Below are positions 21,901-33,200 of a DNA stretch of 53,179 nucleotides, piece by piece (the stretch's first letter is position 1; each line of letters begins with the position of its first letter). The notes beneath the pieces are model-generated. The model saw only the letters and a program-made list of their open reading frames with translations, did not search any database and was not told the DNA's origin. The position numbers were made by a program, and so were the translations under genes. This stretch comes from Macrostomum lignano (lineage: Eukaryota), in NCBI GenBank assembly GCA_002269645.1, contig NIVC01004252.1, forward strand, positions 1-53,179, written 5' to 3'.

Positions 21901-24900
21901 CCTGAGATTCTGCGTAGTGCAATAAGCATTGGCTTCATCAGCCTGGAAACTGAGTACTTGGCTGCATCTATTTTACATCCTGAAAATCTTACTCAGGCAA
22001 CAGAGATGTCCATCGTTGAGACAGCGTTGTTTCTCAATAAATTCAAGATCATACCGGACCTAGTGCTCACGAGACAGTTCGAGCTAATTCCTACATGCCT
22101 GAAAGTGCTAGTTGAGCTCAAGCGAAAGTTGAAGGAGATTCCTGAGCAGCGCGACGAGATTAAGGAACTGAGACAGAAGCTCAAATGCATCGCATTCAAC
22201 GCTATTGATGAAATGTTTCGCAATGCCAGCGCCTATGAGCAGCAACTGCTCTTCGACTATATTTGCGGCCGGATGGAGCCAAAAAGTAGCGGCCCGCAGT
22301 TTACCTGTGTGCACCCGACGTCGGGCATGTTTGGCCAGACTAAGAAGGATGCTATTGAGCCGTGCACAGTTCTGCGACTGCTGCTGGAAGCTGATTGTGA
22401 CGAGCTGTTTGTCAGTGAGTGCATGACCAAGCTGGCCGACACGGAGTGGAAGAACCGGCACAGCAGCCTGACTAGGGATCTGCTGCCTAACGATGAAGAC
22501 GTTAAGAGTGATGTCGGTATTATTTGGCTAGAGAGATATCCAGCTGCTTCACCTCGAGGGAAGTTTCTTTCTTGCTGCATCTTAGAGGTGGTTATATTCA
22601 TTATTCTGACCTTGATGAGCATACTGATTTCACTGGATGATGGAATGAATACGAAAGATGGCGGAAATAGTAATCTCTATCTATTTTTTAAATACGCGTT
22701 TATTGTCTACGGATTTTCAAGTCTCTTGCAGTTTTTCAACCGTATTTTGATGTCAGTAGTTGGGTTTCGTTTACCATTCTCAATCACTAACAAAGCTGTG
22801 TTTCGGATTGAAGCTTTCAGTCGCTGTTTTACATTTCTCTGTATTTTTTCTGCACTTCAGAGCATAGAGAACCTGTCGTACGATGACGAGGACCGACTGT
22901 ATTCCGAGTATAGATTAAGAATTCTTATAGCGTTTTGCTTTCTGGTTTGGGGAGTTTATTTGATTTCTTTCCTGGCTTTTTTTTGAAAAAAACAGGTACT
23001 ATGGTTTTAATGGTGGTTCAATTGGTACTGCTGGATCTGCTGCCGTTTTTGTTGATAATTTTAATTGTTATTTACTCATTCGGAATTTTCTACGTTCATT
23101 TGCTGTTTCCTTATGACTTAGGATTAGTAGACTCTTGGCTCTGGTTCGTTAAGGTATTTACAATACCTTTGAATCTTATATTCACTAATTTCGACAGGAT
23201 TAAGTTTACTAGCACGAACAGTACCCATTTTGCATGGTACACAATGGGCTCTGTGACCTACACCGGCATAGGAATGTTCTACGACTGCTTCATATTTTTA
23301 TTTCTTCTTCTGGTTAACCTCGTCATGATTAATCTTCTGATTGCGCTGTTCAGCCTGAGAGTGAGCAAAATTGCCAGCCAGTCCAAGATAGTCTGGCGAA
23401 GAATGTACTTCGACATTCTGATTGAGTGCAACTTAATGAGCGTAGTTCCGTCGCCATTGTATCTAATTTGGTTTTTCATCGACACAAGTATCAATGGTTA
23501 TCGATATTTTCGCACTAATCACAGACTTCAGAACTTGAGTAGCAATAAGGTAAGTGACAACTATTTTGATATAAAACTAGGGGGGGACAAAGATAAGGCA
23601 GTTGACGATAGGCATAATTAGGAAATGTCAGTCGAAATCCACCGCCTTCGTCATCTGGCTCTCGTATTTTCAATAAGAATCATAAACAGGGGCTACAGAT
23701 GATAAATAAACAAACATAGGAAGTTTACAAACCTCCGCAAGCCTACTATTTGGCTCGCAAACTCTTTGGGCTCCTACTCGTAAAAGCATCTCTTAGCTGG
23801 GAGTTGTAAAATCGCAGCCAGGAAGCGAGTTGCGACTGGTAATTCTGCTTCGTGCTGAGAGCGAAAGCGTTGCCGAGGAGAAAAGTGTAGCTCTTGCGAA
23901 GGCGGCCAGGAGTCTGGCGTATATACAGGGTAGACCTCTTGTGCGCACGCGTTTAAAGAACAGGTGACAGGCAGGAGGGCAAGAAGCAGCAGCCTTATGG
24001 GTCAGCGCAAGCGCCTGCAAGTCAGCACTATGGCGGTTGTTAATGGCGAATTGGATTTCTCTTCGATGAGGCCTTCAGTCCACTGGGCTTACAAGTAGGT
24101 GCGCTGCATCTCGTCCCTGGCAGCTCTGGCAGTCGCAATGAATGTCTGTAAGATGAAAATAACGGATACAGCAGGGCAGAAGGCACAGAAAACGAGCTCG
24201 TTGCAAACATCGAAAAATCGCGATTGCGACCATGAGTAGCCTAGAGCACAGGTTTGACTGCCAAACACAGTGCATCCATACATGCACTCACTCCTCCATG
24301 CTCTTTTCAAATACGAGCTATGCTCGTAAGTTCAACCGAAACCCGCGTCAAACAGCTCGCCTATCTGGATTGAGTAGCGCACATAATCATCAGATCGGTC
24401 CCTGATTATCTTCATCATAAGTCTGTAATTAACATATCATATAAAATATCATATACTGTGCTGCTGTTATGCTATCTGGATCAGGCTTTCTGCTCTTGGA
24501 AGTGATTTGTCCACCAGCACCATTATGTAGCCTGTATTTCTTATTGCTCAAAGTCGTATAGAAAATTAAGATTTAAGCCTTGCGCTTTTCTGCAAACTCG
24601 ATTCGTGCATTAGCCCTGCTCTTTGATAGAAATCTATCAAGCAGCCCATTTCCATTATTTTCTAGGTCTAATTCCACATCGTCCCACATCAGGAAAGCAA
24701 CTGAAGTCAGCAGGGTTGGCACACTCACCATGAACGATTGGTCACGTGGTTGGACACCTGGATTCCAAATCTCCGAACTCGCTCTCTTCAGTTGAGCATC
24801 TTTCCTGCGTAGCTGGGGCAGTCGGATCTCCTTCTCCGCCTTTGCGATGTCCTCGTGCAGGCTCGCTGCCGACTTGTCATCGTTATCGTTGTCTGCTTCG

Positions 24901-25670
24901 TCTTCTTGGGCAGTTTGCTCCATATTCTGCTGTATAGCGAACATGCCCATGTACGACTGGTCTGGGGCCTCTAGCGAAGCTTGCAGAGCCACCTTGCTAA
25001 GGTGCATGAGTTTCTCTTGGTCATCCATTGTCAGAAAAAAATTAAAACGACACTTTCTGGAACAGCTCATTACGAGCGTTCTGTTATTATGAAACGCTCA
25101 TTTATTTTTTCGTTCATTTATCTACTTCAGGATAACAAATAATTGCAAAGTATGTCTAAAATTAGGGACAAATAATTATACAATTTTACTGCTTTAATTT
25201 TACTCTCCATACTACAACAACATTAGCTACTGCAAATTTGTTAGGATTGACTGTCACCAACACTTTGTGCCAAATGACCAAGGTACACATGAAAAAAATT
25301 GCAGAACTGGTGGTACAGTCAGACGAACTACCCGAAGGTGTACATCCAGTTCCTCAAGTTTCAAGCCAAGCAGTTCCGACGATTCGGCCGAAGAAATCTG
25401 ACTCGTCGAATTGTCGATGCCAATGGCGACCCGTACGGAGTGCAGGCTCGCGCCGACAACAGCTTCGCGACTGTAAAGCGAGGCATCGATTCGCTGGGCC
25501 GGACTCGATCGGCGGCGGCGACTTCAAAGCAGTCGGACTCGACCGGCATCGAAGCAAAGCTGGTCAACCTGAAGCTGCAGTCGAAACGTCGACGAAAGCA
25601 GATTAACGACGTTGAAGCGAAGTTGGAAGCGAAGTTGGATCGGTTGATTCAACTGGTGGATAGACATTGA
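15977..25670 (+). CDS. Multi-ankyrin TRP cation channel; model exons 15977-15998, 19139-23549 (1-nt frameshift in the T-run near 22980), 25305-25670
   Basis: Many ankyrin repeats (TAAHYAA, TPLHL, TALHLA, TCLHFA), six TM segments, S6 [16 protein letters not shown]-box-like [14 protein letters not shown]. Splice phases agree: G|GTAAGC with ACAG|CT (phase 1) and AAG|GTAAGT with TGCAG|AAC (phase 0). The large exon is secure; the small first and last exon links are inferred. Confidence 0.85.
16355..16712 (-). repeat. Satellite array (TATGGCACAC 10-mer and 21-mer variant), left arm
   Basis: GTGTGCCATA and GTGCCATAAGTGTAACATAAT tandem units on the + strand. Confidence 0.95.
17605..18568 (+). repeat. 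Satellite array (TATGGCACAC 10-mer with 14-mer variants), right arm, inverted relative to the left arm
   Basis: About 90 units. Variant CACTCT recurs at 17981, 18207 and 18403; CATAGACT recurs at 18065 and 18291. Confidence 0.95.
24573..25028 (-). CDS. Hypothetical ORF antisense within the inferred last TRP intron
   Basis: 151-aa ATG ORF with natural-looking composition (acidic patch, helix); no family recognised. Confidence 0.35.
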   Translation of the reverse strand: MDDQEKLMHLSKVALQASLEAPDQSYMGMFAIQQNMEQTAQEDEADNDNDDKSAASLHEDIAKAEKEIRLPQLRRKDAQLKRASSEIWNPGVQPRDQSFMVSVPTLLTSVAFLMWDDVELDLENNGNGLLDRFLSKSRANARIEFAEKRKA

Positions 25671-26389
25671 GTGGAGTTTCGGTTGATATCATGTCTGAAT
25701 CGATTAATTATCGATATATGAGATTAAAAATTAATTAGATAGTCTACGCAAGACTTGTTTTCAAAACGGAACAACTCGTATATTTTTCTTTTACTTGTCA
25801 TTAAGAACTAATCAACGTAAAATCTTTGGTTGAGAGGTCAGTTCTCTGTATTTGATTATTTTTACGTTTTTCCTAAAAGATTTAACTATAAGTAGTAATT
25901 ATCCAGTGTAAAACAACTTTGTTTACTTTTTTATTAACAAATATTATTTTGTTTTTTTAAATTAACTGTTTTAATTATTCCTGTAGGTTGGTACCTGTTT
26001 TATCCAGTTCTATTTATGGCTACGGCCACTTATATAAGAAGATAAAAATGAATAAGCAAGTGTTTTGTCATTGTAGTATATGTATGACAAATTTTCGCTA
26101 ACAGACTGTGTGTGATACAATAAAAATCCATAAAATTGTTAAAAAATTGTTATTCACTTTAAGGTTCGCAGGAAATAAACATATGCTATCCAATTCGATT
26201 TTTTATTTATTACTTTGAAGACATCACTAAATCAATTAACGCTTTTCAATCGATCGCTTAGTTGGTACACGTATCGTGAACTGTAATCGACTATTAGTAG
26301 AATAGCCAGAAGAGTAATCAACGATATCTTTACGTGCAGCTATTATATACAGTTGATTTGGTTCTGTGAGGGATGTAAAATTTAACGAT

Positions 26390-26452
26390 GAGGGCCGTAA
26401 AGCCCAGTTGTCCAGCGCGGCGCTCTGCAGTGCCAGCGGCCTAGGCTCGATC
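26390..26452 (+). mobile_element. SINE 5' head fragment
   Basis: GGGCCGTAAAGCCCAG..TGCCAGCGGCCTAGGCTCGAT; same position within the duplicated segment as the 15160 copy. Confidence 0.55.
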
Positions 26453-27149
26453 ATGGTGTAGTTTGTAATTTGTAGTGTAGTTTTTGAGAATTTTTTGCGA
26501 TTGAAAAGAAAGGGTACGTGCGCTATGACCGCTCCAATGTTTTTATATTTAGAGTCAGTATAAGTACTTGGCTGGACCGCGGCGAAATACCGTATATAAA
26601 AGGCTAACAGATCGATAGATAAAAATACAACCTACAGCAAAAATATACAAGTCTAATTTATACAGAACTTTACAGTACTTTACTGACAGTAGAAATATAA
26701 GGAATATAATCTAAGAAAACAAACAGCTGTCTGTCACTGGAAAAAAAACGTTTAGAATAATTACAAGACTAATTTAACATGAAAATCGATTAATGCGTCG
26801 TTAGAGCAGCATGTGAGGCACAAAATAGTGTGATTAGAACTTTCTCTGACACTGTTAAGAGACTCAATCACTGTTTTAGTGTTGAAAATCGTGAAATTTC
26901 CTATCTCCGTAGTGTATTTTTCCGGTGAAATCTGCCTTTAAAACTATTTCTGAACGAAAAGTTTTATGAATGTCGATAGAGCAATAAGAAAGGCACAACA
27001 TATCAAAAGATGAACACTGGATCTGCCTCCTATAAAAAGCAATAACAATTTTTTAGCTGAAAAAGTTAAAACCTCCTATCTCTGTAGTGTATTTTTAGTG
27101 CGCCTTCAAAACATTTACCATAGATTTCGAGTGTTGCGTCCTTCTACTT

Positions 27150-27935
27150 AAGTTGCCCTTGCTGCAAAGATGAGAAAGAATTGCAAGAACTGACAAAGAA
27201 GCTGAACAGAATCTCAAGAAAGTTTGGCATGGAAGTCAGCAAAGAAAAGAGCAAGGCAATGGAGGCAGGGAATGGTGAAGAAAAAGTCAGGCTAAGGATT
27301 GTGATTGATGGAGAGGAACTGAAACAGGTGAAGAAGTTTCAATATCTAGGGGGCAACCATCATGGAGAATGGGACTTCGTAGGAAGAGATCAGAATCCGA
27401 ATTGGCACCGCAACCAGCTGAATGCTAAGGCTTGAGGAAATTCGGTGGCTCAAATGAGTCAATTTGAAGAATCACCTCAACATCACAAAGGCGGTCGCAT
27501 AGGCGACACTGCTCAATGGGGGAAGAATAGTATGGAGGCACTTAAAGCGTTTGAAATGAAATGTTACAGAAGAATGGAGAGGAAGAATTTCATGGAAATA
27601 GAAAAAGACAAATGCCTGGATTTGAAGTAAAGTTAAAGAAGTATTGGGAATGGAACGAGAATCTGTGGAGGAGATCATCAAGCAGAGAAAGATGGAATAT
27701 TACGGACAGCAGACGAGGAAGGTAGCCATGGCAACTGTCCGTATTCAAGAAGAAATAGAAGGTGAAGAAGAAGAGGAAGACCAAAAAGGCAGTGAGAAGA
27801 TGACGTGAAGGAATGGAATGGACGGACAATGAAGAGGCTAAGAAGCGCAGCGAATGACAGGCAGTGGTGGTGGAAACTTGTGCACGACTGGGTGCGCCCT
27901 CGGCCATGACCTCTACGGTAAAGAAGAAGAAGAAG
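27150..27935 (+). mobile_element. RTE-type non-LTR retrotransposon, 5'-truncated and degenerate
   Basis: ELQELTKKLNRISRKFGMEVSKEKSKAM..IDGEELKQVKKFQYLG, AFEMKCYRRM and IEG..RGRPK remnants; (AAG)n tail at about 27921-27935. Confidence 0.85.
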
Positions 27936-28411
27936 GTTAAATAGACTCTTTAATGGAATATTAAAGCTTCGTTTAGGCTAGTTAAAATCCACTAGCTATA
28001 CTAAAATTATTTCTATAGATCATCTGATCTACTGTAGAGCCCACCAATAGCTCGTATTCCTCAGTCTACCGCGACAAGTCAGGGAAAAATAACACCTCAA
28101 AATGTGTACAATGCACATGTAGCCTGATTAAATTTCAGGTTTAATCCTTTGTTTTTCATTGTGAAACAGGCGTAGCTACAGTTTATTCTTCGAATCGAAA
28201 GCATCAGGGAATAAAGAAACTACAACAAGAAGTGGGGGAAATATTTGAACCTTACACAAACGCATACCATGTAAGTAAGTAATTAATCACTTTATTAGTG
28301 ACTCAATAGACTTACGGTAGACTTAATAATGTAATTAACAAGTTTTGTGTTGAAATTATCAATAAAAAACACAGTCATTAAAATTAATCTTCCATTTATC
28401 CGCAGTTCAAT

Positions 28412-29587
28412 TCAACTATCGCAAGTTCTAACTCGCAGCGTTCTAAGTCTTTCGGACGTATCCTGTTCACTATCTGGAGAGTTGCCGCGGAGACTGTTTA
28501 TGAGAAATTCTCGTAACTTGAATTTGTGACCACGAAACTGATCCTGCCTCAAGTTCAACAAGGCGTGCCGGAGTTCGTAGACAATCCGGCCTGAGACGAG
28601 ATAGATTTCTACTTTATTAATATCAACATTACTAACCATTTCAAGATATATCGCGCTGAGCACCTTCTCAATTTCTTGATTCGCTCTGCAATCCATAGCC
28701 TGCAGCTCCTGCAAGAAACCCTGTTCCCTACTGATGCAAATTTTTCGTACAGGCTCGTGCAGACAAACTTGGCAGCAGCAGTCGTGAATGAAAACATTGG
28801 CCTCGTCATCCTCATGCACAAATTTAGTTTCGCAATCGAGAGAGCGCCGAAAAGTCGCACTGCAGGCAAAGCAGCTGCCCAGGCTGAACCCAGTCCTGCC
28901 GATAGTCTTCACTGAGAAATATTTCGGTTTTCCCTGTCCATCTTCTATAGAAAAGTCAAAAGTAGTAGTCTGGCACCTGTACCAGTGCTGCTCACTCGAG
29001 TAGTTCTCAAAGCGGCAGACGCGAAGCAGCGAGAGGTATTCGCCAAGCAGAGAGCACACGCAATTAACATTGTTCTTGCTACTGTGCCGAAATATCTCCA
29101 GGAGGCACGGGATCTCCCAAGCTTCGTTGTCATCATTACTGAGGATTCGAAACGAAGTGCCAGCCTCGGTAACTATCAAATACAGCAAAGCTGCACTGAA
29201 ACCGTGACAGTAGCTATTTGGAACTTCCATGAAAACCGAGTCCAGTAGTTTCCAGAGGTACTGCGAAAGGAAGGATTCGCGGCCGAGCGGACCGCTCAAT
29301 AGACTAGTCGCGGGTTGCATCCGTCGTACCAGAGGTCTTCCAAAATGGCTCCTGCTTTCTACAGTCTGTCTCATGCAGGTCACGGAGGTGAATATTGCGC
29401 ACAAACGATTGTAGTAGCCAGACCATGTTGGCGATTCGTTATTGCTAGATGTGAGAACAACCATGAGCGCGATGAGCTCTTTAAATCCTGGTCGATTTCG
29501 CACTTGTTCCAGTTTTTCTAATCGCTCAAGCTCGTCCATGAAGTTTTCGTCGAATTTTTCCAGTATTTTAGGAGTACGAATGTCCAT
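28412..29587 (-). CDS. Hypothetical protein (391 aa), single ORF, no family recognised
   Basis: Long ATG ORF with raised GC against AT-rich flanks; Cys cluster HDCCCQVC. Confidence 0.65.
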   Translation of the reverse strand: MDIRTPKILEKFDENFMDELERLEKLEQVRNRPGFKELIALMVVLTSSNNESPTWSGYYNRLCAIFTSVTCMRQTVESRSHFGRPLVRRMQPATSLLSGPLGRESFLSQYLWKLLDSVFMEVPNSYCHGFSAALLYLIVTEAGTSFRILSNDDNEAWEIPCLLEIFRHSSKNNVNCVCSLLGEYLSLLRVCRFENYSSEQHWYRCQTTTFDFSIEDGQGKPKYFSVKTIGRTGFSLGSCFACSATFRRSLDCETKFVHEDDEANVFIHDCCCQVCLHEPVRKICISREQGFLQELQAMDCRANQEIEKVLSAIYLEMVSNVDINKVEIYLVSGRIVYELRHALLNLRQDQFRGHKFKLREFLINSLRGNSPDSEQDTSERLRTLRVRTCDS

Positions 29588-30221
29588 TTATGAATTTAAG
29601 TAGTGCCGTAGGATTTGAAGTTTGATCTAACAAGTATTTACCGATATGTATGTTAACTTAATGAGGGGCAGACTCTAGCTTACTTAGAAATATTAAACTA
29701 GATATTTTGGCTCATACAGTATTGGTGTTATATATACATAACGTTTTATCTTCGTACCTTGTAATAATGTACGTAATAGACTGCATTTAGTAAGTACAAT
29801 AAATTCAAAATACAGTAAATTTTCACTTGAATTGTACCATTAGGGAATCAAATAATGTAGATAATGTACAGAGTACGTCTAACCTTGGGTGCAGAGCGGT
29901 TGCAGTGCATGATTCAGTCCTGTGCATGTACAGTATGAAGCAGAGCAAGTATGGCTGCATTTTAGCATTTTTGAGGGGGTGTAGAAAAGCTTCAAAAAGC
30001 GTCGCTAGTGTACAATAGTTTATTTGGTTTCAGTCCCATACCCATTTTTTGTCTTCAAAACGAAAAATTTGCAGCTGTGCATAGTTACTTTTAATAGCAT
30101 TTTTATTTATACTCGTGATCCAGTTTTCTTGAAACCAGTTTTTGTAGCTGGCATTTTAAATATTTCTCAGTATAACAACACACTTGTCGTTGAAAAAGAA
30201 CCTAAATACAAACAGAAGAAA

Positions 30222-33200
30222 ATGTTCCTTCAATCGTTCTACGACAAAGCAAGTCGAGAACTGCTTTCAGCGTGCAAACTGACAGAAAAGAAAAATCTGC
30301 AATCGCAGGAGCGGCAAAGTGAGCCGGAATGCGAAAATTCACCACCTGTTTTGCAATTTTACTGTGAAAGTACTGGTGCTGTAAATGATGATGGTGTTTG
30401 TGAACTGTTGTTCAGAAGTGAGCAACTTACATGTAACGGCAGACCAAGTCTATCCTCCAGGAAAAGCGAATCTGTGTCCTGGTCTCATCCTCATCTGCCA
30501 ATAGCCGTAGAAAGTTCTGGATCCTGTGAGTTCAGCTCCTCTCCTGAGATAAAACAACTCCGCTCTTTGCTGCTGTACGATCTTTGTCGATTCTTAACCA
30601 TTGGCAATATGGAGCTGACTGTTCAGCTAGACTGCCAACTAGCTGACAATTTGATCAATCCTTCGTCATCTTCCGTTGCTACCGACGACGACCGTCAGGT
30701 CCTAAACTCACTTCTAGCTAGCGCTTTTGTGACCGTTCATTTGGTCAGAGTAATCAAAAGCTGTAGAAACTTGACTGTCAGTTTTAAGCAGGGTGAAGCT
30801 GCTAAAATCTCCGTGATTGAAGGAGAAGGCGATGTGATCCTTTCTGGGCCGCTGCACATCTTTCATTACCGTTTGAACGACGCTGAGCTTGCCGCTGAGT
30901 TGGAAGCGAGCGTAAAACTCTATGCGCAAAATTCGAAGTCCGTAAGTTTTCTGTGCATTCTATTCAACGAATTCGATGTAAACGAACGCTATTTGACTGA
31001 GAAAATGAGGCAGGATTCGATGAACCGACTGTCGAATTTCGTCACGGCTCGTGTTAAGCTTGATTCAACTCCTGGTATGCTGAAAATTGACATCAGTACC
31101 TTCGATCATGGACACGAGAATCAATTTCTGCACTTAACTAGCTTCTCAGCAGAAGAAGCTCTACAAGAGTTGGGGGATGACAGATTTCTACATATAGTAG
31201 TGCCGGTTTGCCAGAAACTGGCTGCACAGATGGAATTTATTTGCGAATGCTTCTTTGTTCCATGCCGTACGACTCTGGAGCTGATGCAAGCATCAGAAAC
31301 AGATAATGTGTAAGTTTACTAGTTACTCATTTACACAAATGTTTCTATTGCTGTCACAGTGTGTGCCTATTTTGTTCGAATAATTTGACTCTTAACCATT
31401 CAGAGTACAAGCTGTCGCGAGCTCAGAAGAACATGTCGAGTCTACTTCATTGAAAAAACTGCAAACTATGCAGGTAATTATGGGTAGATAATCTGTGAAA
31501 AGATTTTAAGGCTTTATAGAAAAAGCAAATAAGCATAGTCACTCACGGAGGTAGCCTTGATAAGTGACCCGAACATGCGCTAATCCACTAAACTATGGCG
31601 ACCATTTTTAGATTCCCCGTACTGTACTTGCCTCTGGAATTTTATGCATATCTTTATAAACACTTAATGCATTTTTTCTTTTTTTGATATATGCTTCAGT
31701 GTTCGATCGATTTGCACAAAGCCGCGGCCGAAGGTGACCTTTCTGCAGTCACCAGGATTGCAGACTCTATCAATCCAGCCCTCCTAAATAACTGTCAAAT
31801 GGTGTTTCCTAATCGCACCGCCCTTCACTGCGCGGCAGCAGCATCCATCGCGGATTTTTCTGCTGGCACTGGGACACATCTAGACTGCGCAGAGATCTTA
31901 ATCAGCCACCAAGCCGATCTTTCCCTAAAGGACAGTCGAGATCAAACAGCGTTACACTGCGCCGTACTCTCAAACAATGGCCAACTCGCGACTTTGCTAC
32001 TAAAACAATCGACTGTGGAAATCGACTGTCAAGATGAAAATGGGAAAACAGCATTGCTAATTGCTGTTGAGAACGAAATGGCAGACGTGGTGAAATTCCT
32101 GCTAGAAAACGGGGCAGATTGGTCTCAGGCAGATCTAAAGCAAGCCACGCCTCTAAGCGTAGCTTTAGAGCGTGGCAACCCAGACGTTGTCCGGGCTATA
32201 CTCGAGTACGACTCAGAACTCATTCACGATGGCAACTGGGATCGCTACGCCAGTTGCTACCAAACTGCTCGAGATGCCAGTCATCGGGATGTGTGCGTAT
32301 TGCTTATTGAGTAAGTTAATTGAGTATTTTTATTTTTTTATTAGAGGCAGGGGGGTTGTGTGCACCCTGTCGCACTTTAAGCGACATAGGCACACAACCG
32401 GCGAGAGGCATTACTGCCCATTCCGCCGACTCCCCTGAGCAGGCATACAAGCGCGCGGATACGTACGCAGGCACACACTCACACAGGAGTGTAAAGCGGC
32501 CCTAACTTTATTTTATCGTTAGGCATGTACACTTGACTGCGCCTTGGGGGTTGGCTCTCAAGGCCGTTAATTGCACGAGCAGAGCCAAGCCGATATTCCA
32601 ATTCAGCCCCAAATTAATGTGACTGCACTTGGAATCGAGCCTGGGCCGCTGGCACACCAGAGCAGCTGCGCTACCGCTGGGCTACGGCCCCCCTTAAGAG
32701 CGTGGCAACCCAGACGTTGTCCGGGCTGTACTCGAGTACGACTCAGAAATCATTCACGATGGCAACTGGGATCGCTACGCCAGTTGCTACCAAACTGCTC
32801 GAGATGCCAGTCATCGGGATGTGTGCGTATTGCTCACTGAGTAAGTTAATTGAGTTTGTTAAAAGTATAGCCATCGGCTTGTGGAGCCATTCACACCCAT
32901 TAGGGCCAACCCCCAAGGCACAGAGAGTGACATGTCTGAAGACGAGAAAATCAGGGCCGCTGTACACCCTGTACGACATGTGTACGTGTGTATAAGTGCG
33001 TACAGTATCGGTGCGCTTGCATGTGCTCAGGAGAGAGCGGAATGAGCAGAATTGCCGATACCGCTGGTTGTACCGGATGATTTCACCGAAGGCGTTGCGG
33101 CAGGGTACTCATAACCATTCTAATAATATGGTATAGTTTATATACTAACATACTAACGTGTTAGTATTGGTTTTGTCAGCCTAACTGAGAATAAAGCCAT

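Noticed and set aside
19603-22622. Many short antisense and alternate-frame ORFs
   Set aside because: Shadows of the GC-richer TRP exon.
26700-27140. Diverged about 165-bp repeat also resembling 47770-47960
   Set aside because: Similarity is visible but too weak to define boundaries or class by eye; probably an old repeat.
28170-28271. Possible + strand exon (ACAG..CAT|GTAAGT, one open frame)
   Set aside because: No partner exons could be linked; may be chance.
32620-32696. tRNA gene
   Set aside because: A and B boxes are present, but there is no acceptor-stem closure or terminator, and it continues into a repeated body with an A-rich tail, so it is a SINE.
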